64,000 nucleotides of DNA from Callorhinchus milii. Its lineage: Eukaryota. A program made the position numbers and the translations under genes. The DNA lies in the NCBI RefSeq assembly GCF_018977255.1, contig NW_024704743.1, forward strand, positions 19,222,001-19,286,000. The letters are read 5' to 3'. Under the pieces are notes generated by a model, which had not been told where the DNA came from, did not search any database, and worked only from the letters and a program-made list of their open reading frames with translations. Of this stretch, positions 14,365-28,452 are shown piece by piece. Position 1 is the first letter of the stretch; every line of letters begins with the position of its first letter.

Positions 14365-14409
14365 ATTGGCAATTGGACATTGAGAATGAGAAGCAAGCAA
14401 GTATAAAAG
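14365..14409 (+). promoter_or_regulatory. Candidate core promoter: two ATTGG (reverse CCAAT) boxes and a TATAAAAG TATA box
   Basis: ATTGG at 14365-14369 and 14372-14376, TATAAAAG at 14402-14409. It lies about 240 nt upstream of a good splice donor (AAG|GTACGT, 14650/14651) and about 3 kb upstream of the first LDLa exon. Confidence 0.4.
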
Positions 14410-14429
14410 GATTCCGGGACAGAGACTGG

Positions 14430-14650
14430 GCAGATTGTGGAAGTGTAAGGTTTAAGTAAAGGAACCAGTGAATCGAAACTGTGTTTTGGATTTACAAACA
14501 TTGCAGGACTAAGGGTAAATTGCATTTTGTGCTTGAGGAGAGAATTGGTAGCTCTCAACTCCAGCTGGAAACAGTCAGTGATACGGCAGACACCAGGCTA
14601 ACTCTTTACGTCGGGCTTCACCACTGGTTTCAAATGACTGGAGTTGGAAG
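14430..14650 (+). other. Candidate first exon of the MALRD1-like gene (5' boundary approximate)
   Basis: Follows the TATA box and ends at AAG|GTACGT. The open frame ...(ACG)ADTRLTLYVGLHHWFQMTGVG ends in phase 2 and joins in frame to the acceptor at 17562/17563, giving ...[11 protein letters not shown]. Confidence 0.35.
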
Positions 14651-15839
14651 GTACGTAAATAAGATTCGATAAACACTTGTCTCAACTTCATTAGGGTTTT
14701 ACAGGATATACATACCCCACTCTTGGAGATCCCCCCTATGAAAAGGGGCAAGTTTCAGCTCTTTTTAAAAAAAAATGTACCTATGTGATGTTCTTCCAGT
14801 TCCTGTAGACCTCTTCACGTGGATTCCTTAATGAATCAGTGAATCAATCAAGGAATCTTGGTGGAAATCCATTCAGGTGGACATTAAATATCCAATGGCA
14901 AAAGTAACTTTATGTCTTTTTGTGGGACTTTGCTGTGCACATAAATTGGCTACAGGTTTCCCTACATATACGTAACACTTAATCTTGACAACAATTAACC
15001 TTGAAGGAATTTCAGAACTTTTGAGATTATGTGCATCAAATTAAACTCTTTGAGAGGTATCTATTATTATTATAAATCGTCACCTACTGCACATCCATCA
15101 ATATTGGCGGTTAATAAAATTTGTCTTGTGATGAAGAGGTTCCCTCTGCCAGGAACTAATTACAAGTATTGTGGAGTGATGGATGCAATTCTCCACAGTG
15201 CACAAACCCTCTTTTTATTAAGTTTTTCTACCCATTGTCCTACCCCTGGGGCTCTAACACAATATTAAAGCTGCCTAAGAAAATATCTTCACAAATAAGA
15301 AAGTGCATGAGTTGAAGGCATACTTAGAATTCATGTAATAATAAAGCAGATTTTCTAACAATCTTCAAACACAATCAATGCTGAAACACATGATTGATTT
15401 CCTGTGATGAATTATTAAATATTCTCATTGTCAAAGGCAACCAGATTTTAAAAGACCAGTATTCTTTGTTTGAAAGTGTAACTTTTTTATTACACAATTT
15501 ACTTGTTTTTTTTAAAATCGGATCTATGTTTCATAGCACCAAGGAAATTTACAACACAGAATAAAGCCATTTTGACCATCATCTCTGAACTGACTCCTTT
15601 AAAGAGCAGTTCTTTCAGTCCCATTTACCTGTCTTTTCCCTGTCTCCATGCAATAGCAGAGGGTGTTTACTTTGCATGTGCCTTGCACGTGTGGCATATC
15701 ATATAGAAATTTATATCACAAATCAAAGCCATTTGGCTCATCATAGTCATGATTGCTCTTTGAAAGAGCAATCCATTCAGTCCCATTGATCTGGTTTTTA
15801 CCTAAATCTTTGCAAATTATTCCTCATTATCCATATAAT

Positions 15840-16185
15840 GTGGAGTTCTGTAGCTCAGTGGTTAGAGTACTCACCTTGCAAGCGGGACACCTGGATTCCA
15901 GGCAGGGCAAAACCTTGGGCAACTTTCCTTACTCCTCATGCCTAATAATAATCCCTCCAAAACCAAAAACAATAATAAATTGGTCATTTTCAATCCACGA
16001 CTGTTTGTGGGACATTGCTGTGCGCAATTGGCTGCCGCCACAGTGAAAAGCGCTATATCAAATGCAAGGATTATTATTATTAAATTTACAGTCAATTCAC
16101 TTTACAGTATATTCTGTGATGCGCTTTGAGACGTCTAGAAGACATGAAAGGCACTATATCAAATGCAAGGATTATTATATTATTA
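15840..16185 (+). mobile_element. tRNA-derived SINE, internally rearranged (two tails)
   Basis: Head at 15840; tail aaatgcaaggattattatt at about 16060 and again at about 16160. Confidence 0.8.
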
Positions 16186-17500
16186 TCTAATGGTATGCAC
16201 AGGTTAAGCATCACCTGTTTGGTTTTATATTCTATGTTTTTAGGATCGAGAAATAAAGGATTGGTCAAAGTGAAATAAAATAACACACTCACTGAGTTTG
16301 GTGATATTGTGGTCCTGAAAGCAATGATGATTCCCCCCTCCCCACCCTCCGATCATTCAATAATAAACAATTAAGCAGCTGGAGTTTTTCCTCATATCCC
16401 TATTTAAATGAAGAGACTTGTAGAAACATTACGTTGTGCAAAATGCGCAAAGCCTATTCTACAACAACAAGAGCTACTCATGGGATTACGTGAGTTGCAT
16501 TTCATTACTGGAACAGTTCAAGATCAATTGAATAATCAACAAGGAAATGATGAGCAATTGCTTTCCATCTATTGGGAGTTTGGTGGGGGAGGGGAGCATG
16601 TGTGTGTGTGGGGGGGGGGGTGGGATGTGCACCATGTGACATGAAAATTATTATTAGTATGTTGGTCAGGAAAATTGTTCATAGTGTTTCGGAGAATGTG
16701 GACTTCACCCTGCTTTGCCAGTTCATGACCTAAAAAATAATTTAAGGGTAAGAATTTTCAGTTGAGAATCAGTTCAAATACTGCAGTGACAAGGCTATCA
16801 AGATATCACAAAATCACTACGGCTTGGGTGGAGATTCATGTGGAGTATAAACACCGCACAAGCAAACTGGGCCAAATGGCCTATTTCTGTGCTGTACACT
16901 CTATGTAAATCTACGCTTGGGTTAGCAAGAGAAACCATTGTTCCCCATTCTCTAGAAAAGACTGGTCAGTTCCATACATGTTACTAAGGACAAGCTGTTG
17001 CATGTGTAAAACAACTGCATAATCTGTCCGTGTGTTAATAATTTGGCCCACTTTTCGCTGTGTTCCCTTGGTTCTTCCATTTTACTCTTCTTTCTTTACT
17101 AGCAATTAGTTCACCAAAACTGACCACAAAACATTTACGATAACATCACAGATGATTACATATGAGTGTGTGTTTTGCAATCACAAATGCTCTGAGTTGC
17201 TAATTTCAGTACAATAACCATGTTCTCACAATAATGACTCATTAGTGATAACAGCAGAGCCAGAGCTCCTGGTTAAACATTTTTTAAGGCAGGGACAGCC
17301 CTGAAGTCAGGTGAAGTTTACAACCTGCTCCCAGAATAGTAGGACACTGTGGACTGAACGCTTCATGAGGTGTTTATAGTTTGCTCAAGTTTGTTTCTGG
17401 AGACTTGTTTTGAAATGTGAGGGTTACAGCTACTGTTATTCAGAAGTACTGTACTTCTCAATTTATTGCCATTTTCTGAGCTACATAATAGGATTGGTAG

Positions 17501-17713
<213 letters not shown>

Positions 17714-18261
17714 TAGCTCCTCTGCCTTTAATTTATACACTGCTTCAAATCTTATCAGTTACTAGCTTTAATAAACCTAATGAAATAGAGACATATCACC
17801 ATTTTGTGGGGCATCCTCAGATCTTTTTTGGATGGATGAATAGTTCATTAGAACATTTTTGCTGCAAATAATGTTAACATATAGTCCTTGGAGGATGGGA
17901 GTAACTTATTTTTGGATCTAAAGTACAAATGAATAATATTTACATCTTGCAAACTTCTAATTTATTTGGAGCATATTTCAAATTCAGATATGTTCTACAA
18001 TCTGTGTGGGCATTATAATTTATGAAAGATTTTCTTGGTAATGTACAAGAGCAATCTTCGTATAATATAATTAACCATAAAAGGAAAGCTTGAGTGGTTT
18101 ACATTCAGTTTCTTAATCCCAGATTGAATTGCATCTTAAACTCGCTGAGAGATATGTTGTATTATCTGTCATTTGAATCTTTTTTCTTTGCAGTTACAAA
18201 AGCATTAATAAAGCAATGGCAGATTTATTCAATGTTATAGCTGTCTGCTCTGTGATCTTGA

Positions 18262-18375
18262 ACTACGTCTTGCTCCACCCTATCTCTGCGACTTCCTACA
18301 ATCTTAGTGATCCGGTCACTACGTCTTGCTCCACCCTATCTCTGCGACTTCCTACAATCTTAGTGATCCGGTCAC
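18262..18375. repeat. Perfect 56-bp tandem duplication
   Basis: actacgtcttgctccaccctatctctgcgacttcctacaatcttagtgatccggtc at 18262 and 18318. Confidence 0.95.
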
Positions 18376-20341
18376 AGTGTTGTGAACACTGACCTGCTTC
18401 ATGTCACCTATGATCAGGTACAATATCAAAATGCAAGAATCATTATTTTGATGAACAAAAAATGATAGGTAATTGCTCTCTCACCTCCAACCTCCAACCC
18501 CTCTCTCCCAATTCACTATCCTAACCTTTTCTTTCTCTATGAGCTTAGCTTCTGCCTTGTTTCTGTCCAGCTCCAGATATTTCCTCATAATGTTCAAATT
18601 GTACGTCATCAGATCTATCCTATTCTATTCCCAGGACCTGAAGACAGTGCAGCTCTAAGCCTGCCTCAGCCTTACCTTCCCCCTAAAAATTACAGCTTTT
18701 TGAAAGCAAAGCTTAGCATTTCCTAACCATTACATCTTCAGTTATCTTTTCCGCTTTGTTGCTCTTATCCATCATCGTGGTAATCTGCTCAATGGAAATG
18801 GATGACTTACTCCAGAAATCAACTCATTTCATTTGAGCTGAAGTCTATTGTACTCTGTGATTATAAACCAAAATTGCTGTTGGATTAGATTACGTGAACT
18901 GCATTTATACCCGCCATCAATTCACTAACTAATACAAATTGCATATTATAGACTGGATAAAACATGGCTGGTGGTGATACACAGGAAAGTGAGTGTCCTC
19001 ATGTCAGCTTTTTGAATGCAACAGACCCATCAGTTTCATTCTTAACTTTCTTGCAGTCTTTCTTATTTTGTACAGTTTTGAGCGAAAATGTGGTATGTGA
19101 TGTATCACATTGTGCAACGTTCTGTTGCTGATGTCTCAGTTGAAAACGACAGCAGGGGAATAATAATAATAATAATCCTTGCATCTAATATCGCGCCTTA
19201 TCACGTCTTTGAGAGTCTCAAAGCGCTTCACAGAATATACTGTAAAGTGAATTGACTGTATATTTTGTGGCTGAAACATGGCAACCAATTGCCGCAATGC
19301 AGTGTCCCACAAACAGTCGTGGATTGAAGTGACAAATTTGTTATTATTTTTTTTGAATTATTATCCCCCAGAAAAGCAATCCCACTGACTTTGTTAAAAT
19401 GATTTAGCCCAAATGCCAGTTCTTGCAGTCACTGAGTTAGTCGGCAGCAATTGTGATCCGGTCACTGACAGTATCCAGAATCTCATTAGTAATACCAGTC
19501 AGTAACGGATCTGAGGACAGTGCTGTAATAATAATCCTTACATTTAATGCAGCGCTTTCATATCAGGAGGAGCTCCTGAAGCACTTCACGGGATTAACTA
19601 TTACCAATTTGCAAACAGCAATGTCCCACAAACAATCATGAAGTGAATGACCAATTTTATTTGGAGGATTGGTGTCCAAAACATTGGGCCAAACTCCTTT
19701 CTCTTTTACACTGTAATGTACTTTGCATCATGACATGAAAGTTACTATATATGCTATCCATTTTATGGATTCAAGCCCCACGATGGGACTTTTAACACAT
19801 CGGCTAGATTGACATTACAAGGCAGTGCTTATGGAGCGCTGTGTTGTCAAAGAGGTGCCATCCTTCTGAGGAGATATTAAACTGAAGTCACATCTGCCTA
19901 TTCAGGTGAACGTTCAAGACCCAGTGGCACTACTCGAAAAGAGAAGGAAGTTTCTTTCAATCACACCACAAATTTGTGGGATTTTGCTGTATGCTAATTA
20001 GCCCCTGGATTCACCTACAAAATACAGTCACTTTACTTTATAGTAAATCGCGTGAAGCACTTTGAGATATCCTTTCAATGTGAAAAGTGTTATATCAAAT
20101 GCAAGGATTATTTATTTATAACCAAATTTATCAATAATGAGATAATTATTATTGGTAAAAATCATTATATCGCAAGTCACTCTATTGTGTGAATATCTTA
20201 CAAAACAGACTGGGAAATCTGAAAGTACTTCAATGTTCACAGAGCTAATTAAATCATTTTCATCTCATGTGCAACCTTTTAACAAAGCTGGAAAAAATGA
20301 TTTAGTTTAACATTATTTTTTGTTGTGATTTTCCAATAAAG

Positions 20342-20479
20342 GCTCCTCCTACGAAAGATGTGATTTTGAGAGCGGTTACTGTAACTGGACTTGTGAGCAA
20401 GAGCCACAGAATGGATGGATCAGTAGTAAGAGCAGAAGCAGAGCTGGGCTAATGGATGATTACTTGGGAAAACACTCTG
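20342..20479 (+). CDS. MALRD1: Exon: MAM1 N-terminal part (CSSYERCDFESGYCNWTCEQEPQNGWISSKSRSRAGLMDDYLGKHS)
   Basis: aataaag|GC ... G|gtaagg; CDFE-x3-CxW MAM start motif; phase 1-1 and completes the last LDLa Cys codon (T+GC). Confidence 0.88.
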
Positions 20480-23400
20480 GTAAGGAATTGTACAACTGTG
20501 TTACTCTCTTCTTTTCTACTGGCACCTGAAAGTGTTTTACATTTTGAAACAAAATTACGTGGATTTTATTTTAATCCAAACTTTAGGAAGTTGCTGAAAT
20601 TTGTCTTATTTCTTTCTTTCAACTCATGAGCGGTACTTTTACAGATTAGGTAGAAATCGTGGTTGAGGTGGAATCCGTACTGTTTTTTAAACAATAACTA
20701 AATCCTTACATTTGATATTAGTCTCTTTTCCGTCAGAAGGTGTCTCAAAGCCCTTCACAGGATATACTGTAAAGTGTAATGATTGTGTAAATTGGACCCA
20801 TTAATATGCCACAAAAGCCATGAAATGGATGATAAATTTTACATCTTTGATACAAGAGAGTGAAAAAAAGTGGAGAACCATTACAGGTAGAGGTGATGTT
20901 ACTTTGCTCTTTGTTAACTGCTATGCTTATCTCTTCATCAAGCCGATGGTCATCTCCCCCTCCCATTTCCCATGCTTGGTATCCAACCCCATCATTGTAC
21001 AGCGCTCCGAGATGCTATCCTATGTGAAAGGTGCTATGATTAAAAGTTGTTGTGGTATTCTGTTCAGAAGCTACAGGTGAAAGAGTTAAAGAAACTAGCT
21101 CCACCTGTAGATTTAATCGTGCTTATAAAAATGAATTGAGCGACTAGTACGGAAATGAGTGGGGAAAGATCTGGTACTGAACAAAAGATCAAAGTCTGGA
21201 GCTGTGATTTATAGTTGGCTGTATTTACAGAGCTTCTCAGGAACAGGCTTCCTGAATCCTAACACCTTCACATGTGGCACACTTATCAATTAATTTATCT
21301 AATAGTTCAAACCATACATTTCCTTTCCAGTTAGCAGCCTAGCCATTACTTGAAATACTGATACAAGATAAAGTGTGCCTTGTGTTATTCTGTACTGTGG
21401 TTTTATTGTTTATTGAAGCTGTTCAGCCAGGCCTTTGCAATCAAATGCATCATCATTCACAAAAGACCACCGGACTAAACAAGGTGCTGAGAGGAATGGA
21501 TGAGACTGAGCAAATGCTGAATTGTGTGAAAGTTCAGCCAAATGTGTTGTATGTATTGAGTTAAAAGAAATCGGCACATGACCTGATTATATCATTCACG
21601 TCATGTTGCTAAGGGCGAAGGTCATTGAGAGTTATGCTTATTTAAGGCCTGAATAATATGGCATGTAGATTTGGATGCATGTTGAAGACAGATGAAATCT
21701 GAGAACCGCAAAAATGCGGTGTTTAAACTTATAACACAAAGAAAGAAAACTGGTCTTTTAAAAATGGTGCCTTGCATGCCCAGAGGAATAGTTTGTAGAT
21801 AGTTTAATTTTAGGAATCTCAGTTCAAGGAGAGTAAATGTTTATTTATGTTTAGTAGCTGGAATCCCTCATTGTTTGGCAGTTTTGAAAATGTTCTTTAC
21901 TCAGAGGCTAATCAACAATTACAATAGAATTTCAATTTACACAGCACCTTCCATGTCAAGAGGACATCTCAAAGTGCTAGGCACCTGAACTGTGAGTGAA
22001 GTGCATCTCAGTATGTTCTACTGGGGATATGTCTGAGATTTCCAATGATCCAGTGTAGTGAAGGGAAGAGGGAGGAATTATTATTTTGTTTTATTATTTT
22101 CAGCGCCTTGGGACGTCCTCCTGACGTGAAAGGCACTTTATTAATGGAATCTTGTTGTTGTTGTTGTATCATCTATGAGGTTTATTTTGCAAATATCCAA
22201 AGTTGTTTAATTTGTGAAATTCACAAATAATTTAGTTCCAAATCCTGAAGCCGACAAAATCTCTCCCCCTCCGCGCTCAGGCCCCCAGCCTGGTGTGGAA
22301 AGCACTTTGAGGTGTTCTCCCACTGTGAAAGCCTCTATATCAACGCAATTATAAAATGCAGGAAAAAACGTGTAAACCATCCTCGCGCAGTCTTTACTTG
22401 CTTTGATGTTTTACAAAGCAAAGACCTTGCAGAGATTTAAAAATAAAGAAACAGGAGTTATGTTTTGTGTTTAATAGAATAAAATTAAACTGAATAACTG
22501 GATGGGTTTGATGAAGGGTAATATCATCTCAAAACTTTGTCTTCTCCTCAGCTCCCACCCCATCCTGGGATACCCAGCCAACATTGTCCAATGCTTTGGG
22601 ATGTCTTCCCAACATGAAATGTAAATTTCTTTTGTATTATGTATCATTTCACCCACAAAATACACAGTCAGTCCACTTTGCAGTTTGTCCTGTAAAGTAC
22701 TTTGAGACGTCTAAATGATATGATGAGGCACTGTATCAAATGCAAGGATTATTATTATTATTATCCGAATGATAACTTTGTCTTTTGGACACGCGCTGAC
22801 CTGTTTTGGATTTGGATTTCCAGCATTTCAGTCCCTTTGTCAGTTATCTAGCAATTTTTATCTTATTTGTTGCTATTTCTAGCAGCACATGTTGGGCAGT
22901 GGATGAGAGAAATTCACAATCCAGGTTTAGGGTTCAGCTAACAAATAAGTCCCAGCAGTTTTCATGGTTAATGTTGTCACTTTAGCTCTGAGCCTGGAAA
23001 AATGCCTTCAAATTCACTGCCAGACAATTTCTTTAAGGTTGATCATAGCACTCTTACTTTCACACTGATTCACAATATTCAGGTATTTTGGCATTTTGCG
23101 ATTTTTTTTACATAATCTGTGTTAATAGTCGATTTAGTATTGAGCACTAACAGTTAGTCCCTTAAAGAATTATAATTGAGATAGGATCTCTTATAAAACT
23201 AGAACACAAAGGGAGTTTCTGCCAGTGTCCTAGCCAACAATACCCCAAATAAAATTGGTTGTTCACTTTGTGGCTTTTTGTAGGACATTGCTGTCTGCAA
23301 AATTAGCAGCTGTGTTTGCCTGCAAAATACAGCCTTTACAGGATGTCATGTCAAGTACTTTGATATGTCCTCTCAATATGATAGGCAAGATATCAAATGC

Positions 23401-25814
23401 AAGGATTATTATTATTTATGATGGATATTCTTGCAGGATTTTGCAACATATTTTTATTGACCGTAACATAGACACTCACATGTTATCAGTCATGATACTG
23501 AATTACAGAAGAGTTCAACATGCTTTATATCATTTTTCAAACAACCATATAAAACTAACCATATCATGCTTTAGTACAGATAACTGTAAGGTTTCAGATT
23601 TTGCCTATCAGTGGCCTATAATACAATTTGCACTTGTATAACGTCTTTCACGTTGGGAGGATGTCACAAAGTGCTTGATATTTCTGACTGGTGTGGAAGC
23701 TAGGGAGGTGAGGAGGGGAAAGATGGCCATTAAAGAGGTGCGTTTTGCATCATATGTAGTAATTGTCTATTGAGCATAGTATCTGTAGCTTGGAGAGATT
23801 TCTCCAGCGTATTTCTCAGCAGTTGAAGTACAGAATGAATATGAACTTTATCATAAATAAGAAGCACTTTATCAGTTGAGCATGTTTAGAGTTTTCTCTT
23901 CAGTCATCTTGGTTAAGCCACCTCAAGTTGCTTGGGTCTTAGAAACCAAAATTTTACAACATTCATAGTTCATAAGAGATCCTCCATCTCCACTCTTTCA
24001 CAGATAAACATTACAATGTGCACGTGAACACTAGCACGTATATCTCCTTGTTGTCGGACAGCATTGTCCACTGGATGCAGATGTTCTGGGCAATACCAGA
24101 AAATGCCCAAATGCACTCACATTTTGAGCCGGGCTTTCTTCCCAATTCACCCAATTCAGTTCATCCGCACTAGCACTTTTCTCCACATGAACCACCTGAC
24201 CTAGTCCCATTCTCTTTTCATGCTGTATACCTTTCAATATTCCTCTTTTCCATTCATTTTCCTAATTCCCTTTTAAACATATTAAAGGGCCTGGCTTTAA
24301 CCATGTGTATATGCTTATATTTGCACATCAAGGGCACGGATATCTTTTGTCTTACATTTGTATAGCATGTAGCTTTAAGAAGGATGAAAGTGATGCCCTG
24401 GGAATGTGACTCGCTTGTACTTCTCTAAGAGCTTCATCATGCAGATGTATTTATCATTCACCTGACTCATTAAGAATATCAATTGCTCCCATTAACTGAT
24501 CGTGACCTGTGTTGATTGAGAAGACTTCAGCTAGTTTAAGTACATATTAGTTCTGACTCATTGGAGGTTTAATGAGATATTGGATTCTGCTACAGCGTTT
24601 CTTTTAAATTAAAACATGAATACATGATCTAAAGGGTAGCCATAATGAATTCTATGTGTACAGTCTACCTACCTGAAGATTCGATCGTAATCTTATCCTG
24701 ATAACATTCTTTGGCAGAACAATACACTCATTTGTTTAATGATGCCTCTATAAAATAACAAGCTTTTGTCACATTTCAGTAGTGTCTAATCTGTCCTTAA
24801 CTTTGTAACTTGAATCAGTCATGTCATTACAATAATGGTGAAACCAGCAAGAGAGAAAGAATTTGCATCTTTATTTCATCCTTTCACATTAAAACCTCAG
24901 AGAGTACTACAAAATGTAACGCCTGTCCTGTAGGTAGAAATGGTAGACATTTGCATCAGCAAAGTCCCACATGCAGCAATGAAATGAATGACTAATTAAT
25001 CTGGACAGTATTTGGCCAGGAAAATGGGAGAAGCTCCCTTCTCTTTTTGAGCAGTGCCTAAGGATTTAACCCTCACCTGAAGAACAGGTTTAATGTTTCT
25101 TCAATCACTAATGCTGCAATCTTGGCGGTTATCTTTACAATGGGAGCCCAGAATAAGATGAAAAGCAAGGTCAGTCTATTTATCTAACAATGGTGACTAG
25201 GACCTGCATGCCCAACAACAGCGACTTCTGTGTTTGTTTCAGATTTCCAGCATCTGCTGTATTTTGCGTTTTACCCAATAAGGTTGATCAATTTATTGAC
25301 GATTGCGGAATCACCTATTTCCTCCTCCACTCTGCTTCGGACAAACATTGACACGACACACACAAACATTAAATTGTGATCAGGGCGAAGTTTTCACTAT
25401 TTTGGTCTGAAGAGACTTCCATCTGCGAGACTTCATTGAGTGGAATTACAGTTGAAGTGAAAATCTCACAGGCAACTAATTTCTTAAACTGAGTTGCTAT
25501 AGGGACAGAGCAAATGAAAAGTTTTAAAATCAAATCATGTGCCGTTATATTTGCACAAAGCAGCAGAGAGTAAGATTAGTTAGACGTGAGCTCAGCCACC
25601 ATGGGAAAGCTGTGAGTGTCTATTTTATGCTCCTTTCAAAGAAAATCAAGTGAAGTTTCTTATTTTGGTTGTTAGAAGTGAACCATTCAATGAAAAATAT
25701 CTAGGCACTAATCAATTATAACATTCTACAAAATTACTCAATTAGCTGATGCAGAAAAGCATAGAATAGCTTCCAAGTAATAAAATAATATTTGCTAAAA
25801 TAAACCATGGTGTG

Positions 25815-26381
25815 TGGCGTATGGTTCCCAACTCCTTCCTCCACGGCTTGCAGATCATCCAGAACTCTGCAGCTCATTGGCCTCTCCCGCACCAGACTCC
25901 ACGGCCCTATCACCCCATATCCTCATCTAGCTCCACTGGCTCCCCATCACTCAGAGGACACAGTTCAGATCCTGTTCCTCACCTTCAAAGCCCTCCACAG
26001 CCTTGCTCCTCCCTATATCTGTCACCTCCGAATCCCCTACCAACCTACCCGCTCCTCTCCCTCCGCTCCGGCTTGCTTCATGTCCTCTGCCTTGCTCGCC
26101 CTGGCATTGGCAGGCGGGCCTTCAGCCTTTTTGCCCCCACTCTCTGGAATTCCATCCTACAGTCCCTCTACCTCGCCCTCTCCTTTGGCTCCTTCAAGAC
26201 CCGTCTTAAGACCCTCTTCCTCGCCTTCGGTCACCTTCCTACCCCTACCCTCCCCGCCCTCCACCCTTCCTGATCCCAACCACCAACTCGGGTACGGATC
26301 CCCAACTGTCCAGTGCCTTGTGATGTCCTCCTGACGTGAAAGGCGCTGTGCTATACAAGTGTAATTTGTTGTTGTTGTTGT
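25815..26381 (+). mobile_element. L2 LINE 3' fragment with (TTG)n tail
   Basis: [54 protein letters not shown] motifs. Confidence 0.85.
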
Positions 26382-26769
26382 ATGGTGTGAAGTGATCTTT
26401 AGCAATAGGAATTGCCATTAGTGGACAGTCATTCAGTCTTGCTATCTGTACTCTGTCCTAAAATCCCTTCACCTTGCTCTCTCCCTCCCTCTTTTGAAAA
26501 GCCTTCAAAAAATCTAGCTCTTCAACCATATTTTTAGTCAACTCCCTCCTACTTCATCTAAGTCCCACCTGGCTCATGATCCACTGCATCTTTACAAAGC
26601 ATTTCAAGACTTTATCCTATGTGAGAGGTATTAAATAAGTGTAAGTTATTGTGTACTTATAAGTGTATATTTTGAGGTATAGGTGGTTACCAGGTGTTCT
26701 TAAATTCTAAATAAGTTGTGTTTCTGTAGAAAGAAGTAATAAGTAACACATTTTTATTTTTTTCTACAG

Positions 26770-26858
26770 CTTATCTATTGCTATTACCTCAAGATGGAAC
26801 AAAAGCATTTGCAAGTCTAAGAAGTAAAGTTTTCCTTCCACCGAATGATATTTGCCAG
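26770..26858 (+). CDS. MALRD1: Exon: MAM1 (AYLLLLPQDGTKAFASLRSKVFLPPNDICQ)
   Basis: Poly-T tract ctacag|CT ... CAG|gtatct; phase 1 to 0. Confidence 0.88.
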
Positions 26859-27314
26859 GTATCTTCTTCTGTTCCTTATTGAAGAATGGTACAATTTTGG
26901 CAGGTTTTCAGTACTTTCTCCTCTTGTAATGGACTAAAATAGTTCCTGCTAGCACAATTCTTTCTTCCTATTAACTTGATATCTACTCTAATGCTTGCCT
27001 GCCCTCGCTGTGAGCATGCCCGGGAGAAAAACAATAAGTAAATAATAAATAATTTTTGCATCTGACATAGTGCCTTTCACATTGGGAAGATATCTCAAAG
27101 TGCTTCAAAGGATATATTATAAATTGACTTGAAATCATTGACTTCAAATCAAGTATTCTCCTTACTGGATTTTATGCTTAATATGCATTTAAGTTGTTGT
27201 CGTAATGCCATGCCACTCTCTATAAAAGATATTACTAGACAGACCTAAACAGGTGAGCAGGCGATTAGATCAGCAGGAGGTGAAGTATAGATACTTCACA
27301 CTCATTGTTTTTCT

Positions 27315-27490
27315 GGTCAGCCGGGTGCCTGACTCATGCAGAAACCCATCACCATGCTTAAGAGATTGCAAACCAATTTGAGATTTCCACACATCCCAAC
27401 TACACATGGAAATCCAAGAGATAGATGGTTGGAATGGAATGTGCACACTCTCCCTGGAGAGATGCATCCTGCTGGCCTAATTCCAGAACA
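27315..27490 (+). repeat. Unclassified ~200-bp interspersed repeat (other copies ~4250-4420 -, ~6915-7085 +, ~27858-27968 -, ~59385-59540 +, ~62665-62900 +)
   Basis: Shared core gaaacccatcacc...ttaagagtatccaaacc...acacatggaaat...ggaatgcgcactctctccctggagggacacatcctgct..cctaattcc. Confidence 0.75.
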
Positions 27491-28452
27491 GTTCCTGGTA
27501 ACTCTCCAACCCAAAACCCTAATGGTAAGGTTGTCCGAACTGCACAAAAAGTGGGAAGCTATGTGGTTTTAACTGGTTAGACTCCAACAATAATCCAAAT
27601 AAAACTCTGTGGTTACCATAGCTTGGCTCTCACCAATCAACGCTTAATAATAATCCTTGCATTTGATATAGCGCTCATCAAGTTTTGTAGACACTCAAAG
27701 CCCTTCACAGAATATTCTGTAAAGTGAATTGACTATATATTTTATAGAGTCAGTCAATTTCGCACAGCAGTAACCCACAAACAGTCATGGATTGAGTGAC
27801 CAAATGATTACTTTTATTGAAGGGATTATTGCCTTTTAATTATTCATTATTATTAAGAAATTAGGTCAGCAGGATGTATCCCTCCAGGGAGAGAGTATGT
27901 ATTCCATTCCAAAGATGGCAATTTTAATGTGTAGGTGGTATGCATGAAACTCTCAGTCTGGGTTCTCTTCGACCGTGCCTTTGGTCTCCCTCCCATCTCT
28001 CTGGCTTCCCTCACCCCTACGCCACCCCTCTGGCCCCGACATTTGACTGTTCAGCGCATTGGGACGTCCTCCCAACTTGAAAGGTGCTGTATAAATGTAA
28101 TTTTGTTGTTGTTATTGTTGGGTTGGATACTCTAAAGTATGGTGGTGGATTTCCACATATGTGAAACACTCGGCTGACCAAAGTATAGCATCTCTGCAAC
28201 ATACTGTGGCAATGCAGAGTAACCGCAGTTGTGGCTGAAGCCCTTATTGGGGACGAGCAGAGAGAGTTTTGTTCTGCCCTTGCTGTACCCAACCCTTAAC
28301 CTCAGAGAGCTTCATGCTAACACTGAGTGGCCAAAAGGAAATCTGTTTGGTTTTCCAGCACTATCATCCCTCATTTTAACAATCACTTTACTTTATTTAA
28401 AAAAAAACATGAAAAAGAATATTGATTTCAATGAATGCCATTTTGTTTGTAG

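Noticed and set aside
16355..16415. Cluster of TAAACAA, CAGCTG and CTATTTAAAT motifs, possible enhancer or alternative promoter
   Set aside because: Short motifs are expected by chance in AT-rich DNA, and there is no conservation or expression evidence available here.
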